Both the position numbers and the translations under genes were made by a program. A stretch of 64,000 bases of DNA from positions 9,734,001 through 9,798,000 of the forward strand of contig NC_058368.1 of NCBI RefSeq assembly GCF_018350175.1, written 5' to 3'. Below are positions 35,232 to 49,403 of this stretch, piece after piece (position 1 is the first letter of the stretch; each line of letters begins with the position of its first letter). The DNA is from Felis catus. Taxonomy: Eukaryota. Below the pieces are notes generated by a model. The model saw only the letters and a program-made list of their open reading frames with translations. It was not told the DNA's origin and did no database searches.

Positions 35232-36057
35232 CTCCGCAAACCACTTTTAAAAACCACAATACCCTTCCCTTGTTCTCATAAGAGCGCAAAGTATGAGAAA
35301 TAACCCTTCACTGATTGTAGATTCCCACTTCTTTCAAAACCAGAATGGCTAGTCTTGAACTTCTTAGCATCATAAGCCCAAAAAGGGAATCTTGAGAAGC
35401 CGATCCTTTAGTTATACTCCCTTTAAATAATTATGTAATGACTTTCTCTGAAGAGTTCAGAAAAGTATTGAATTCACTTAAACAAAATTAAAATCTGCCC
35501 AAAGCCACTGGAGTTTGGTTAATGTGAGTCTGAAGCCCATCTGCCAATCATCCTACAGCTCTATCTGGAGAAGTGAGTACGATATTCTAATCACGGAATT
35601 TGCTAGCTTGAAGAGCCACAGGTTAAAGATGAAAGTCGCCATCCATACATAAGCTAGAAGCCTTGGTCAAATTACATGCTTTTAAGTTAAATATTTATGA
35701 ATGAATATATGGAAACTATGGGTGTGAAGATATCTATGGAGAGCTGCATGCATTTTAATGATTTAGAATAGGAGTTATTAACCCTGGTCTGGACCATCTT
35801 CAAACATCTACATTTTTCTGGTACAAAAGTTTAAGGGGTTTAGGCCTATAAAAGATTTAAGAACTTTTGTTTTAGAGAAAAGCCAAGATTAAAATCAAGA
35901 TATTATTATTTTATATATTTCCAAATGCATTAGAATAGCAAAACACTTCCATTTTAGCAAACCACGAGATAAAACACATCAGATCCTGTAACTAATCATA
36001 CATGACCAGTGGCCATGTTTAAATACTAATACAGATAATACCATTCCAGCATTTCTA

Positions 36058-36279
36058 TTTTTTTTTTTCAACGTTTTTTTTTTTTATTTAGTTTTGGGAC
36101 AGAGAGAGACAGAGCATGAACGGGGGAGGGGCAGAGAGAGAGGGAGACACAGAATCGGAAACAGGCTCCAGGCTCCGAGCCATCAGCCCAGAGCCTGACA
36201 CGGGGCTTGAACTCACGGACCGCGAGATGGTGACCTGGCTGAAGTCGGACGCTTAACCGACTGCGCCACCCAGGCGCCC
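36058..36279 (-). mobile_element. Young feline SINEC_Fc
   Basis: TSD ccattccagcatttcta. Confidence 0.95.
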
Positions 36280-37277
36280 TCCATTCCAGCATTTCTAATA
36301 CCTATCCACAAGTATTTACCTTAACATACATAAAACAAATTTATCTGGGAAAGAGAAGTTCAAATACCCATTTTAGACTACGTTGAAAACTCCTGATTTT
36401 CCACTATTTCTAAAACTACCATATTTCCACTATTATCTAATGTCTAAGAAAAACTTTAACCAGGCAATTCAAAAGTAATACTGAATACCAATGAAATCAC
36501 AATTTCTCCTCAGTTACAGTCTCATCTTCCCGTATTAGACAAGAAGAATAAATTATTCTGCATGCCTTATAACAGACTGATTAAAAGACATACTGTGGAA
36601 ACTCCTTTCAGAGCCAAATTTTGCAGCCAAAAATCAAATTCAGAGCCTGAATTTTGAAAGCCGGGGCCCATTCAGAGTATTCCAAGAATAGTTCTCAAAT
36701 TGCTGGAAAGCATCACCGCCATAAATCTATCTTGGAGATGGATCTTAGAAATTAGCAAGTTTGAGTCAGCCATACACAAACCTATCGAGTTATTGTGCAC
36801 ACTATTTGTGTTTTACGTTTACAATGTAATTTATTTATTCGTTCTTTTGACAAATATTTACTGATCCTCTGCTATATGCAGACACCGATCTAGGTGCTGG
36901 AGTAACAGCAGTGAACAAAACAGATGAAAAATACATAAAAATACATAAACACAGGTTCACTCTAAAGCATTTCGCTACCGAAATGTATAGAATAAAAAAT
37001 CAAAGCTGCCCTCGGGGCAGCTCATCTCAGTTCTTTCCTTATAATAACTGCTATCATAATAATTATATAATATACATACAATACTGTTAACAGTTTAATA
37101 TTTTTCTGACGTTGCGTTTCTTTACATAGAATACCTTATATAGGATTTTAAAACCACCTTTATTGCGACTTGATGTAAAGTTCACTTGTGTCACGTGCAC
37201 AATTCAGGGATATTTAGTAAATGTGCAGGTCTGTGCAACCATCGTCATAATCTAGGTTAGTGGATTTAAAAATTTTA

Positions 37278-37530
37278 GGGGCGCCTGGGTGGCTCAGTCG
37301 GTTGAGTGTCCGACTTTGGCTCAGGTCATGATCTCACAGTTCGTGGGTTCGAGCCCCGCATCAGGCTCTGTGCTGACCGCTTGCTCAGAGCCTGGAGCCT
37401 GCTTCAGATTCTGTGTCTCCTACTCTCTCTGCTCCTCCCCCGTTCACGCTTTGTCTCACTCTGTTTCTCAAAAAAAAAAAATAATAAATAAATGTAAAAA
37501 AAAATTTTTTTTAAATAATAAAAAAATAAA
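37278..37530 (+). mobile_element. CanSINE (SINEC_Fc)
   Basis: Full SINE with long AT tail. Confidence 0.9.
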
Positions 37531-38997
37531 AAATTTAAATATATATAATATTGTATAGATGGTAATTTATTTAAAAATTTTGTTCTTCAGGTTATGGTGA
37601 TACATGGATATATAGGTATATATAATTTTCATTTTCCAGTTAGTACTAAACCTTGACGATGTTCTCTCAATGTCAGCATGGAGAGATTTCTGATTACTTT
37701 CTAAAAAGAGAGGCCATCTTCCATGTCAGTTTCCTTAGAAAAAGAATGCCTGAAGACTGCAATTAGATTGAATTGTTTTGGTAATCCTGTGATTTCAATA
37801 GACAAAGAGAAGTCAGTTGATTTACAAACTCTTAAGAGTCCAAAAACGAACTGGAAAATGGGGAAAAAAAAGGGGGGGGGTATAGAATATATTTTAAAAC
37901 GCATACACAAAACACAGCAACTTTGAGTATGTATTTTGAAATAAATAGCCAACAGTTCTATAACCTAGACTGTGGGCAAGCCGCTGTTGTTAAAACCTTA
38001 ACACATCGTAACTGTTCAAGTTCTCACGACAGTTCTATTAAGTATTTACCATTATCAAACCCATTTTGCAGATGTGGAGACTAAGGCACAAGAGGTCAGG
38101 AAATTTGTGCGCTAAACTAGCTAGAAAGAGGCAGGCTGGCTTCAGAGCTTACACTCTTAACTGATCTGATGGAACGTGGCGGTGCAGGTGGGTGGAGGAG
38201 AGAGAGTAGGATAAAAAATACTTGAGGTGAAGTAGGTAGTGTTCAGCACAGTGGCTGGATCCTAGCAGGCACACCATAAAAATGAATAAAACAATGATGT
38301 TCTGTCATATATTTTAGGCTGAGTGTTCTTCCACTGCTAGAAAAGTAATAGTTCTGTTGCCACCCTAAGGGTTTGTTTAATTGCTTGTCTTCATTTGGGG
38401 CTGTTACCCTTCTGCAGGGGAACTGAGGCTATTAGGGGGAACTTCGCAGGTGCCGAACACAAGTACTACAAAGGCAACCAAGACTAAACCTGAACCCAAA
38501 AAACTTGTAGCAGGGAAAACAAGAGTTAAGATGGGGGCGAGGGGATAGATGGAAGCTCTGGAAGCCCCAGTGGTGAAATCAGTATGATTTTGAGGCATCA
38601 AGGAAGGGTTCTGGGAAGGAAACCTTGAGATGTTAAGTGGAAAGATACATGGAGTCCGATCTCGACTAATTTTACGTGCTCTTTAAGAAATTCCCGTTTT
38701 ATCCTGAAGAAATGCAGAGCCATTAAGAAGGTGAAATGGAACAGGGTAGGCCCAGAGGAAAAGACATTCACAAGGCTGAATGTGAATTACTCCACCCCAG
38801 CCCGTGACACAGGCTCCACCCAAAACATCTGCTATTCTCGCTAGTTGGTTCCTTATCTTTTGACTCATAACTTGTCTTCAAGTTTCTCAATAAAATGTGA
38901 TCTCAACTGAAAATAATCGTTTGTATCTGAAATTTGTTTTGCATCTTTTTGGTGCAGAAGAAGTTCTAGACACTTCTTTTTAAAACATCAGAGACCC

Positions 38998-39223
38998 GGG
39001 GCGCCTGGGTGGCGCAGTCGGTTAAGTGTCCGACTTCAGCCAGGTCACGATCTCGCGGTCCTGAGTTCAAGCCCCGCGTCGGGCTCTGGGCTGATGGCTC
39101 AGAGCCTGGAGCCTGTTTCCGATTCTGTGTCTCCCTGTCTCTCTGCCCCTCCCCCGTTCATGCTCTGTCTCTCTCTGTCCCAAAAATAAATAAATGTTGA
39201 AAAAAAAAATTAAAAAAAAAAAA
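38998..39223 (+). mobile_element. Young feline SINEC_Fc
   Basis: TSD atcagagaccc. Confidence 0.95.
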
Positions 39224-39435
39224 TCAGAGACCCATAAAAAAGCTGGACAAAGGAGGATTAATTTTGAGACGCCCAAGGTGGGGGGCAGGTAATTGAAAAA
39301 CAGGACGACCAGGAACTCCCCATCACTTCAACGTCACAGCTGGGGTGGAAAGAAGAGTCCAGACCAGGGAAAGGTTAGGCTTAGGTTAAGGTTTAAATGG
39401 CCACTTCCCTACAATAGGGTTACCCTTTCAAATTA

Positions 39436-39657
39436 AAAAAAAAAAATTCTTTTTTTAATGTTTACTTATTTTTGAGACAGAGAGAGACAGAGCATGAACA
39501 GGGGAGGGTCAGAGAGAGGGAGACACAGAATCCGAAACAGGCTCCAGGCTCTGAGCTGTCAGCACAGAGCCCGACGCGAGGCTCGAACTCACAGACTATG
39601 AGATCATGACCTGAGCCGAAGTCGGCCGCTTAACTGACTGAGCCACCCAGGCGCCCC
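39436..39657 (-). mobile_element. CanSINE (SINEC_Fc)
   Basis: TSD taccctttcaaatt. Confidence 0.93.
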
Positions 39658-39962
39658 TACCCTTTCAAATTTTTAACAGAGATAAAGGAGGGTGCTCCTT
39701 TCACAAGCATGCACAGACAGAAGGAATGAAGTTGGTGATTCTGATTAAGACCAAGAAGGAAGAGTACAGATAACACCACCAAAGACTGGAGCCAGAGGTG
39801 AGAGGGCAGGAGAGATCCGACCCAGCAATGTTCTCATAAGACACTTCCTGCATTTTTTTTTTTTTTACATTGCTAAATAATGTATGTTCTTTCACTTTAA
39901 CCGGCAAAAATAAAGTACTATTGTAAATTCGCAATTCAAATCCCAACTATTTATTTTTCAAC

Positions 39963-40188
39963 TTTTTTTTTTTAAATTTTTTTTTCAACGTTTATTTATT
40001 TTTGGGACAGAGAGAGACAGAGCATGAACGGGGGAGGGGCAGAGAGAGAGGGAGACACAGAATCGGAAACAGGCTCCAGGCTCTGAGCCATCAGCCCAGA
40101 GCCTGACGCGGGGCTCGAACTCACGGACCGCGAGATCGTGACCTGGCTGAAGTCGGACGCTTAACCGACTGCGCCACCCAGGCGCCCC
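39963..40188 (-). mobile_element. Young feline SINEC_Fc
   Basis: TSD tatttttcaactttt; all CpGs intact. Confidence 0.95.
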
Positions 40189-42924
40189 TATTTTTCAACT
40201 TTTTAATCACGGCGAGTTGCACACAGGCAAAGGCATAGAGAGAAGAGCGTCATGAAACCCCGTGAACCCCTCGTCCAGCTTCAGCAGCCGTCGGCCCACG
40301 GCCAGTCCTGTTTTCACCTGTACTTCTATTTATTTACTGGATTATTCGGAGGTCACCGTGTCATCTGGAATGACTTCAGTGAGTAAAATCATCTTAAAGC
40401 AAGCGTGCCTTTTGGATTCCCCCTTTCCCTTCACTCACTCCCATCCTCTCGACGAGTAATCTGAGGACAAGGAGACAGATTTGAGGAGAGAGGAAAACAG
40501 TCTCCACGGAAATACCAAACTGGCTGCAAGGGAGTGAGTGAGTGAACGCCCTTTGAATCAGGACTCGTGTAGGAGGCGGCGGAGGAAAGCATCTCCCTCC
40601 CTGGGCTGGGACGTAGAGCTGCTGTGAAGGCTTCCTCACCCCCTTCCCAGGTCGGTGGCACCCGGGATGTCTGATAGAGGTCCTCTGAAGGGGGGAGGGC
40701 CAGAGCAGGTAGGTGCAGATTTCTGGGTAGAAGCATTTTAGATCTGCTGGTGGTCATCTGGCTTCTGTGATGCTAAGGGTATACGTACTATTACATGATT
40801 GACTAAGCAAATGATTATTGAAACTGTATCTATCGCTGACCCCCTCTTTAAACCAATCCATAGTCACATCCACCCTCCTTTTCCTCCAGTCTTGCAGGAG
40901 GACATGTTCCTCTCTGTTCCTGGCCAGCATGTCTCCTTTCAGCAACCCCCAACCCCCCAGCCTCCTTCCCACCCGCTCCGGGGTCCTGCACCTGCGGTCA
41001 TTCCGCACTCGCTCCACGACACAGGTATGCACGCGCACTCCGGCTCCTGTCCTTCCTCCCCTGGCTGCACCTGCCGCTCTCCTCTCTCTGAATGTCCCCC
41101 AGCCCTCCGTCGCCTCCCTGGACTGCTGATTCTCCAAAGCCTCCCCTTCTTCAGGAAACCCATGACTCACCGCTCCGCTGTGAGCAGGTGCACGTTAGCA
41201 TCTCTCTCCGAAGCGCCCTGACAGCAGGGGCTGAATCGAATTTCTCCTGCATCCCTGGCTTTCAGGTGCTCGTTCAGAAGGCGCTCGAATATTTGAGGGG
41301 AAACAGTGGCGATGAACAAAACCACCTCTGCTCTCAAAGTAATTCAGCCTACAGAGAAGCATCTCCCCCAAAGCAAGGAGATCAGAGTGCCCGCTAACTG
41401 TTCTTTAGGAGGCTTCCCATTACATTCACGGTAAAACTCCAGATCTTTTTTTTAGAGGGTGAGGCCCTTCTAGCCCTAACCAGCTCTTCAGCTCAACCTT
41501 CCGCCCACAAGCATACAACCTCCCACTGCAACGTGAACTTTTCCAAGCCCCCCCTACTGAGTCTTCTCATGTTGTGGGTTCTCTCCCTTGCCTGGGATTT
41601 CAACCCTTCACCCACTGGCCACGTCCTGCTGATCCCTGAAGACTCCCGTTTTCGTGTTGACACCTGTGTGAAGTGTGCCCTGAGCCTAACCCTGGCATTG
41701 TCTTCTCCTCTAGACGGGAAGGTTCCTAAGAGCAAGGCCTTCTTCTTCATCCGTGCATTTCTAGCAGTGTGCACAATGTCTAGCACGTATGAGCACCTCA
41801 GCGTAGGTTGCACGAGGAAATAAAGCATTCGGTTCTTTCAGTTTCTGTCACGGCAGAAGCACAAATAACACAGACATTTCACACTAATTTCCTCTAGTCT
41901 GAGGAAGACTAGCATTGCCGTTTGAGTATGTGAGGTCTCCAAAATTAAAGTTTCAGGAAACTACCCACGGTGTTCTGTCGGTAGAAGAGTAAGCCCTTTT
42001 GTAGTATGTGGCGACCCGACTTCCTCCTCGTGTTGAACGTCTGAGGTAGAGTGGCTACTTGCTCAGTAGACGAACCAATGCTCCCAGTTATCCGTTAACA
42101 CAAGCCAGAAAACGCGACGGGCCGACTGGCCACGGCACCCGACCTTCGCTCTCGTATCACCCTGTATAAAAAATTAAAAACTGAGCGTAGATGTGTTCCT
42201 CATCATCCCCAGTCAGGTCCTAACACATGAAGTTAGCTGTAGTCACATCATCTGAAAAATACAGATTACCCTCAGAAAGTTGTTTTTAAATCATAGTCTT
42301 CGGCAGCCGGAAACGGCAAAAACAAACACAAAAAAACACATCTTAAGAAAAGGAAAAACCCTCCTGGTCACTATTTCATCCCTGCACTCAATCAAAACAG
42401 CACTCCTAAATTTAGTCTCCTCCAAGTCTGCTTTGAGTATTTTTCTAAAGGTATCTTGGCTTTCCCCCTGGCTTTCATTTTGACGATCAGGGGGTTTCCT
42501 GGTCATCACTTGAATGTTCCTCTCAAATTTCGATAAATTTCCCCTCTTCCTCACTCTTCAATGGTCAGGCTCTCTGAACATATTTCTTTCCTATTCATTC
42601 TTCATTAGTTGTGTTTTCAGAAATCAAGCTGAATGAAAGTACAACCTTCTGCATTGCATTATCTTCCTGCCTTCGTTCCTGATCAGATACATCTCTCATT
42701 TCTAAAACGCACTTATGAATTAGTCTGATATTCTTGATTTTCTATTCAAAGCCAAAATATCAACACTGATTCATATTTAGCTCTTGACCTCTGCCTAGAG
42801 GTGTGATGATAATAAGATAAAAGAGGGGTATTAGTGCAAAATTTGGTCTTCTTTAAGGAATTTGCTAAGCTGTTCAGTTAGAGAAGGTGCAGATACTATA
42901 GTAATGAAATATCAGTAAGAGTAT

Positions 42925-43145
42925 TTTCTTTTTTTTTTTTAACATTTATTCATTTTTGAAAGGCAGAGAGAGACAGAGTATGAATAGGGGAGGGGCAGAG
43001 AGAGAGGGAGGCACAGAAACAGAAGCAGGCTCCAGGCTCTGAGCTGTCAGCACAGAGCCCGACGTGGGGCTCGAACTCACGGACCGTGAGATCATGACCT
43101 GAGCCGAAGTCGGTCGCTTAACCGACTGAGCCACCCAGGCGCCCC
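42925..43145 (-). mobile_element. CanSINE (SINEC_Fc)
   Basis: Flanks share tcagtaa. Confidence 0.92.
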
Positions 43146-44974
43146 TCAGTAATAGCATTTTCAATATCTATAATACGTTGCTGTTTCCCAGGCCCATTCA
43201 CATTCATCCGATCAAAGACAATCCTGTGCTATAAGATATCTTCTCCATCTCCCACAGAAGGAAACCGAAAACGCAGAATTGTTAAATGTCTTAACCAAGA
43301 TCTCCCTAGGTCACCTAACCCGTTCTCAGTCTTAACGCTCACCTCCAGGCTAACGATTTCCAAACCTATTTCATGTCCCAGACTTCTTTCCTGAAAAAGC
43401 CAAACTGTTCTGTCACATTACCTACTTGCCAATTTCGCCTGGGTGTCCCACGGGCGGCCCGAATTCACAGGGTGGAAACCTGAAGGACAGTCAGCATCAG
43501 GCATCCTCCCTCCACTGCTGCCTGCGGCAGGCAAAGGCACTCTCATCCAGCTGATCGTCCCAGCCAGGAATCTGGAAACCCAGCGCTGGAGCATAGAGCA
43601 GACACACAATAGACCCTCAAGAAGTACTTGAACAAGTGATTTAATGAGTGAATGAGTGAGTGGGGGCGGGTCATCCTCAGCTCGTCCTTCACCCTCAACC
43701 AGAAGATTAATTGGTCATAAAATCCTGCTGTTTCTACAGCATAAATCTCTCCCAAATCCTCCCCCCACCCTTCCCCTTATAATCCCTACCTTGCCTCCCT
43801 TGCTGGATTGTGTCAAGGCTACAATGAGATTAATACACATAAAAGTGTTCTGCAAAGAATAAACCTCCGGGGGGAACAACATAGAGAGGATAAATCCTTC
43901 TGGAATCTGTTAACTAAACTTACCAGTCCCAGTTTGCCTATTCCTTTCAAGCTATGATTTTTTTGTCCTCCTAACCTTGCTGTTTTCTCTGCTATGGCTT
44001 CCAGAGGCCCATCACTCATCTGTACGTAAATACCGTTAATCTGTACGCACGGCTTAGCGGCTCAGTTATACACTCTTTTATGTTGCTTGCTTCTGGTTAT
44101 TTCTTAGAGTAGGATCTGGCTCCAGAGATGGCGTTAAGCTCTTGCAAAATGGAACAGCTATGTAGCTTTTGTAGCCTCCACGGCACCTCACGCCACCTTA
44201 GGCATCTAGTAGGTGACTACTAAAAGCTTACTGAATGACTCTCCCCCCCACTCCCCTCTCCACTATCCTCTCAGAATTCTATTCCTTATTCTTCCAAACT
44301 TCCTGCTTCTATCAGGAACATTTCCCCCGAAGAGATCTGAGAGAGGAAAATATTCCAGATTAGCCTACAGGTTGGAGTTTTTAAAAAAATAATTCTCATC
44401 CTGTTAAATGTCCTAAGTAAATCAGGGTGGGAGTGCCAGACTCTGACAGACTGTTCATCCCACTGAAACCACAGTTTTACGTACGTAGTGCTTATAAACA
44501 TACACCTAAAGTGAGTACAGTTAAGTACCTGAAACACTGCCAGGAACAATCATACAACTCAAGAAAAATAGCGTACCAATGTTTTCCTCTTTTGTATTCT
44601 CTCTAGCCCTTGGGTCACCAAGTCTTGTTGCGTCTGTCTTTGCAATGACCATTCAACGTGGCATTTCCATTCCATACCTTGTCACCATTTTAATTCCAGC
44701 CTTGCATATTTCATCCAAGTGCATGATCTCAGCTTCCTGGCTGGGCTCTTGGTGTTTGGTTTCTCCTTATGTGAATGCACTTCACCCCCAGCCCCAGATC
44801 AATGTCCCCCGAATGTGGATTTCATCAAGCCATCCACACTGCCCCAACCCACATCTCCAGGGGCTCCCCAGTATTTACAGGACAAGGCACACACTCCTTA
44901 GCCAGATTTTCAAAGACTTTTACATCTAAGCCGATGCTCCTCATCTAAGCTCTCTGCAACTCTTCTTTACAGGG

Positions 44975-45850
44975 GGGTGACTGCGGACCGCCCCGTGAGA
45001 CCTGGGAAGTTGTCATCGTGATTTTCCTGGGTAAAACTACACAATCGATGTAACCCGCAGGAGGGAATCAAACGATTGCCTACTCTGTAAATGAGGGACT
45101 CTTAAGAGCTTGGGATAACGCCAAACTCCAATCAAAACCTGTGAGTCATACCAGGGAAACGGGGCTAAAAAGTGATTGTCACTTGGCAAGCAGAAGCAAA
45201 CAATGAGCCTGGTTTAGAGAAAAGGTGTGACTAGAAGGGCCAGCAAGGGGAACCCAAAGAGTAAGAAGTAGGCAACGCCTGCGTGTTAGGTCAACTGGAA
45301 TGTCTATCCGTGCCTGTTGAGGGAGAACATGATAACTCAGGGTCTGCCACTAGAGAACACTGGAGTCACCTAACAATCCCCATCACTAGCCCATGATCCC
45401 ACAGCAAGCTCCTGGCGTTTGGCTTCCCATGGACTGGGTCCTGGTCGGCCAGACAGCCGACGATAGTTGCCCCTGCAAGTCAATGCACCGCGTTCAGGCG
45501 TGTGCTTACATGTGAGTAATCAGTCTTGCTGTGCTGGGTCAATGTGAGGCCACTGCTGAGAAATGGAACCACTTCCAGTCCAACAATAATGATAACAAAT
45601 ACAATAAATCCCATTTCTGAGCCCGAGGAAGAGCTTCAGGACCACAGTGAACCGACCAAGGTAAACGGGTTCAGGGAAGGCCTCAGAGTGAAGAGTCTGC
45701 TCACTATTTGGGCACAGTCACCGCATGTTGAGTTCACCACTGTGAAACCGCATCACGAAACACCAAACTTATCTTCACGTGGATCCTGTTTTCTCTTCAG
45801 TTCCCCCCCATTTTTTGCTCTCTAGTCACTTTTCGCTTGCTCTAGAGAAG
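44975..45850. mobile_element. Possible ancient solo LTR
   Basis: Abrupt change to LTR-like sequence (gtgactgcggaccgccccgtgagacctggg...) between L2-like pyrimidine-rich flanks; family not identified. Confidence 0.3.
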
Positions 45851-46543
45851 ATCCGTTCCACTATTCCTTCCTGCTCTTACTCCTATCCCGCTGGAACCAC
45901 CTGTTTTAGGAAGTCACTCCCCAAGAATGCTCTCGTACGCTGTGCGTGTGCCCATCGTGATGCTGCAACCATCCGCACGTGTGTTTGGGCGACTCTACTT
46001 GGACGTGATACAGATAACCCAGCCTTCATTGAGCCAATACCGAATTTGCTTTTCCCTCCTTATGCCAGTTAATGGCACCATCACCCAAAGAACATAAGAA
46101 GTCAGATCCACGGGTCATCCTAAATCCCCTTCCTTGTTCACGCCCCACATCTAAACAGTCACTAAATCTCATTCACCCACTGTCCCTTCACGTCTGTCCA
46201 CTTTGCTCTTACCTCAGGTCCTTGATGTTGCTCATCTAGACTGTGATGGTAATCTTCTAACTGGTCTCCCTGCTCCACGCCTGTTCTTCTCAAATACATC
46301 CTCCACATGAATGCTAAAGTTATCATCTTTGGATACAACTCTGTCCATGTTATTCTCCCGCTTGAGCCAACTCAATGGATCCCTTGCCTACGGGGGTAAA
46401 CCCAAACTGGCATTATGTCATGCAAGTCCCTTTATGAATGGACCCCTGGCCTCCTTTCCAGCCTCATCTCTTATCTTTTCCAGTTCCTCGAGATCCAGCC
46501 CTACAGAACCAGGAGGTACATGAGCATTTCCCTAAATAGGCTA

Positions 46544-46630
46544 CACGGTTTCATTCTTCCTTGCCTTTGCTCCTATCTGGGATTCATGCACGGTTTCATT
46601 CTTCCTTGCCTTTGCTCCTATCTGGGATTC
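46544..46630. repeat. Perfect 42-bp direct duplication (45-bp period)
   Basis: cacggtttcattcttccttgcctttgctcctatctgggattc at 46544 and 46589, with atg between. Confidence 0.95.
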
Positions 46631-47270
46631 TCCCTTGTCCATCACAACACTCCACATTCTCCAGGAGCACTATTCATTCTTCAGATGTATCTCGAGTGTC
46701 ACCCCTCTGAGAAGCTCTTGGTGACCCACTCAAGTGGAGTTGATCATTCCTTGTTTAGTGCAGCCATTGTACTTAATACGTGCTTTACATACTCCAGGGT
46801 GATGATTTGTTTCCTTGACCCTGTCTCTTTCTGTGAAGTCCTGAGGGCGGGAATTGTGGTTCACTTTTGTATTAAGGGCACCTAGCAGAGTGCCTTGCAG
46901 CAGGGTAATGACCTAACAAAGGTCTGTCACACTGAACGGTGACAAGGAGCACACTGGCTTGGCACTGTTCCTGGTTCCGTCACTTGCCAGTGCTTTTGCC
47001 TCTGTAAGCTTCTGTTTCTTCGACTTTAAAACAGGAATAATTATACTTGGACTTTGTAAAGATCAAATGAGATAACACACACACACAGCACAGTATCCAG
47101 GGCTTATAACTCAATGAATGTTAGCCGTTGCTACTATTATCCCTTAGGGTCAAGTGCAATTTCTTTTTAAACTCTATGTGACCTTTCTAACCAACTGACT
47201 CCGCGGATGTTGTCCTTTTATAAACTGCTGCTGCACTCATTGCACTGTTCATTTAAAAATGTATATTCTG

Positions 47271-47503
47271 GGGGCGCCTGGGTGGCTCAGTCGGCTGAGC
47301 CTCCTACTTCGGCTCAGGTCATGATCTCACGGTTCGCGAGTTTGAGCCCCGTGTCGGGCTCTGTGCTGACAGCTCGGAGCCTGGAGCCCGCTTCGGATTC
47401 TGTGTCTCCCTCGCTCTCTGCCCCTCCCCTGCTCACGCTGTCTGTCTCTGTCTCAAAAATAAATGCACATTAAAAAATAATAATAAAAAAATAAAAACAA
47501 ATA
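47271..47503 (+). mobile_element. CanSINE (SINEC_Fc)
   Basis: TSD aaaaatgtatattctg. Confidence 0.93.
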
Positions 47504-47582
47504 AAAATGTATATTCTGTTCATATTTGGAGATCCACATACTAATGTTTAGATATTGAAGAACTGGAATGTATCTTATGTTC

Positions 47583-48322
47583 TGTGGTATGCAGAATTCT
47601 ATGAGGACCCCACATAACCCTCTTACTTGTAGAATCCCCTCCCCTTTGAATGCGGTGGCATCTGTGAATGTGGTATTATTCCCATGATCAGGTTATGGTA
47701 GACAACACAGCTGACCTTACGAAAGGGAGATTGCCCAGGTGGGTCAGATCTAATTATACTGAGTCATTAAAAGCAGAGAGTTTTCTCTGGCTAGAGGCAG
47801 AAGAGGAAGTCAGAGGTTCAAAGTCCAGGAAAAAGGTGGGCATGCCCTTGCGGGTTTGAAGGTGGCGGGGGCCACACAGAAAGGACCTGAAAGCAGGCTG
47901 AGGACCAGAGAGTAATGCCCTAAGATAGTCAGCGAGAAGACAGAGGCCTCAGTTATACAGTGGCAAGGATCCGGATTCCGACGATAACCCGAATGAGCTT
48001 GGAAGTGGGTTTTTCCCAAAGCCTCCAGGGGAGAGCTCCGTTTGGTCAACGTCTTGATTTCAGCATTTTTTTTCCCCCAGATGTTTATTTATTTTGAGAG
48101 ACAGAGCACATGCCTGAGCCAGGAAGGGCAGAGGGAGAGGGGGGAGAGACAGTCCCAAGCAGGCTCCGCACTGTCAGTGTAGTGCCTGACTCGGGGCTCA
48201 ATCCCACAAACTGTGAGATCATGATCTGAGTGGAAAACAAGAATCGGACGCTTAACCGACGGGGCCACCCAGGTGCTTCTATTTGTGACAATTTTTGTTA
48301 TGTGGCAACAGAAGACTAATAC
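47583..48322 (+). mobile_element. MLT1-type (ERVL-MaLR) solo LTR, interrupted by a minus-strand SINE (about 48066-48277)
   Basis: tgtggtatgcagaattct start; aagggagatt...ggtggg; gaggcagaagaggaagtcagag; ...gaagactaatac end. Confidence 0.8.
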
Positions 48323-49403
48323 CTCTTTTTAAATGTCTTAATTATTAATATATTATTTAACATTACTGTCAATACATACCCACTGAGAAAACATTAATAA
48401 TAGAAATAACTTTACCTTATCACCAGTAATGTCAAAATGTCAATTAGTCTTCTCTATCATCAAAAAAAAAAAGAGAGAGATTTAACAAAGATTTTAATTT
48501 GGGCAATATCTGGCATGCTCATTTTATATTGATTAAATTGCTTAAAATACATTATTCCAGAAGTGATGTTTTTATAAAACATAAAAAGGAATTACTTACA
48601 GCTAGATGCACCAGCTACACATTTCATACACCCAGGGGCTATATTTTAGTTTCAGGACACCAAAATCCAGCTAGCAAAATATGTCACCAACTAAGGTAAT
48701 CATCAAAGGGATTTACAGGTAGCATTTCTTTGCATAAATTAGCATTACAAAGAAGGATTCCGTGCCACAATTCTATCTCCGTGTCAACGCAGAAGATCCT
48801 TAGAAATGATGCTTGTGTTGGTGCGTTTCCAAAAGTTTTTATTTGAGGAATCTGGCAAAGGCTGTGTATTAACTACCCCCTTGGAGAGACACGCTGCATG
48901 TGACCGTACTAAGAGCTCAAAGAAGCCATGAAGTGAATCTAGTTAGTTTTTTTGTAACACAGCATTTCGCAGATGTATTTACCCCAGATTCTTTGCTTCG
49001 GGACAGGGCTTGACATCTAGCGACACCATCTGAGAAATGCTGACCTAAACAAATCCCTCGCTTTCCCAGACCGAATGTCAAATCAAAATATTAGTCCGGA
49101 AAGAAATGTTTCAGAAACTGAATCGATTACAAGATACTCAGGAGAGTGTCTTGCCTCTTTCCCTATTGGCTGTCACAACTTTTCACTATACTCCCTAGTG
49201 TCGATGAGCTAGAAAACTGATTTTTAACAACTATATTAGTAAAATACCTATATGGCAAAATGAATCTCCCAAGGAGACTTCTAGAAAAGTGATGCCATAC
49301 CTATTTGTGCATCACTAAAGTGGACATGTTTCAAATGTAAGTGGAGCAAGGTGGTTTCTGTCATCTAATACTTTACAACTGAATGCAGAAAACACGTCAG
49401 ACT

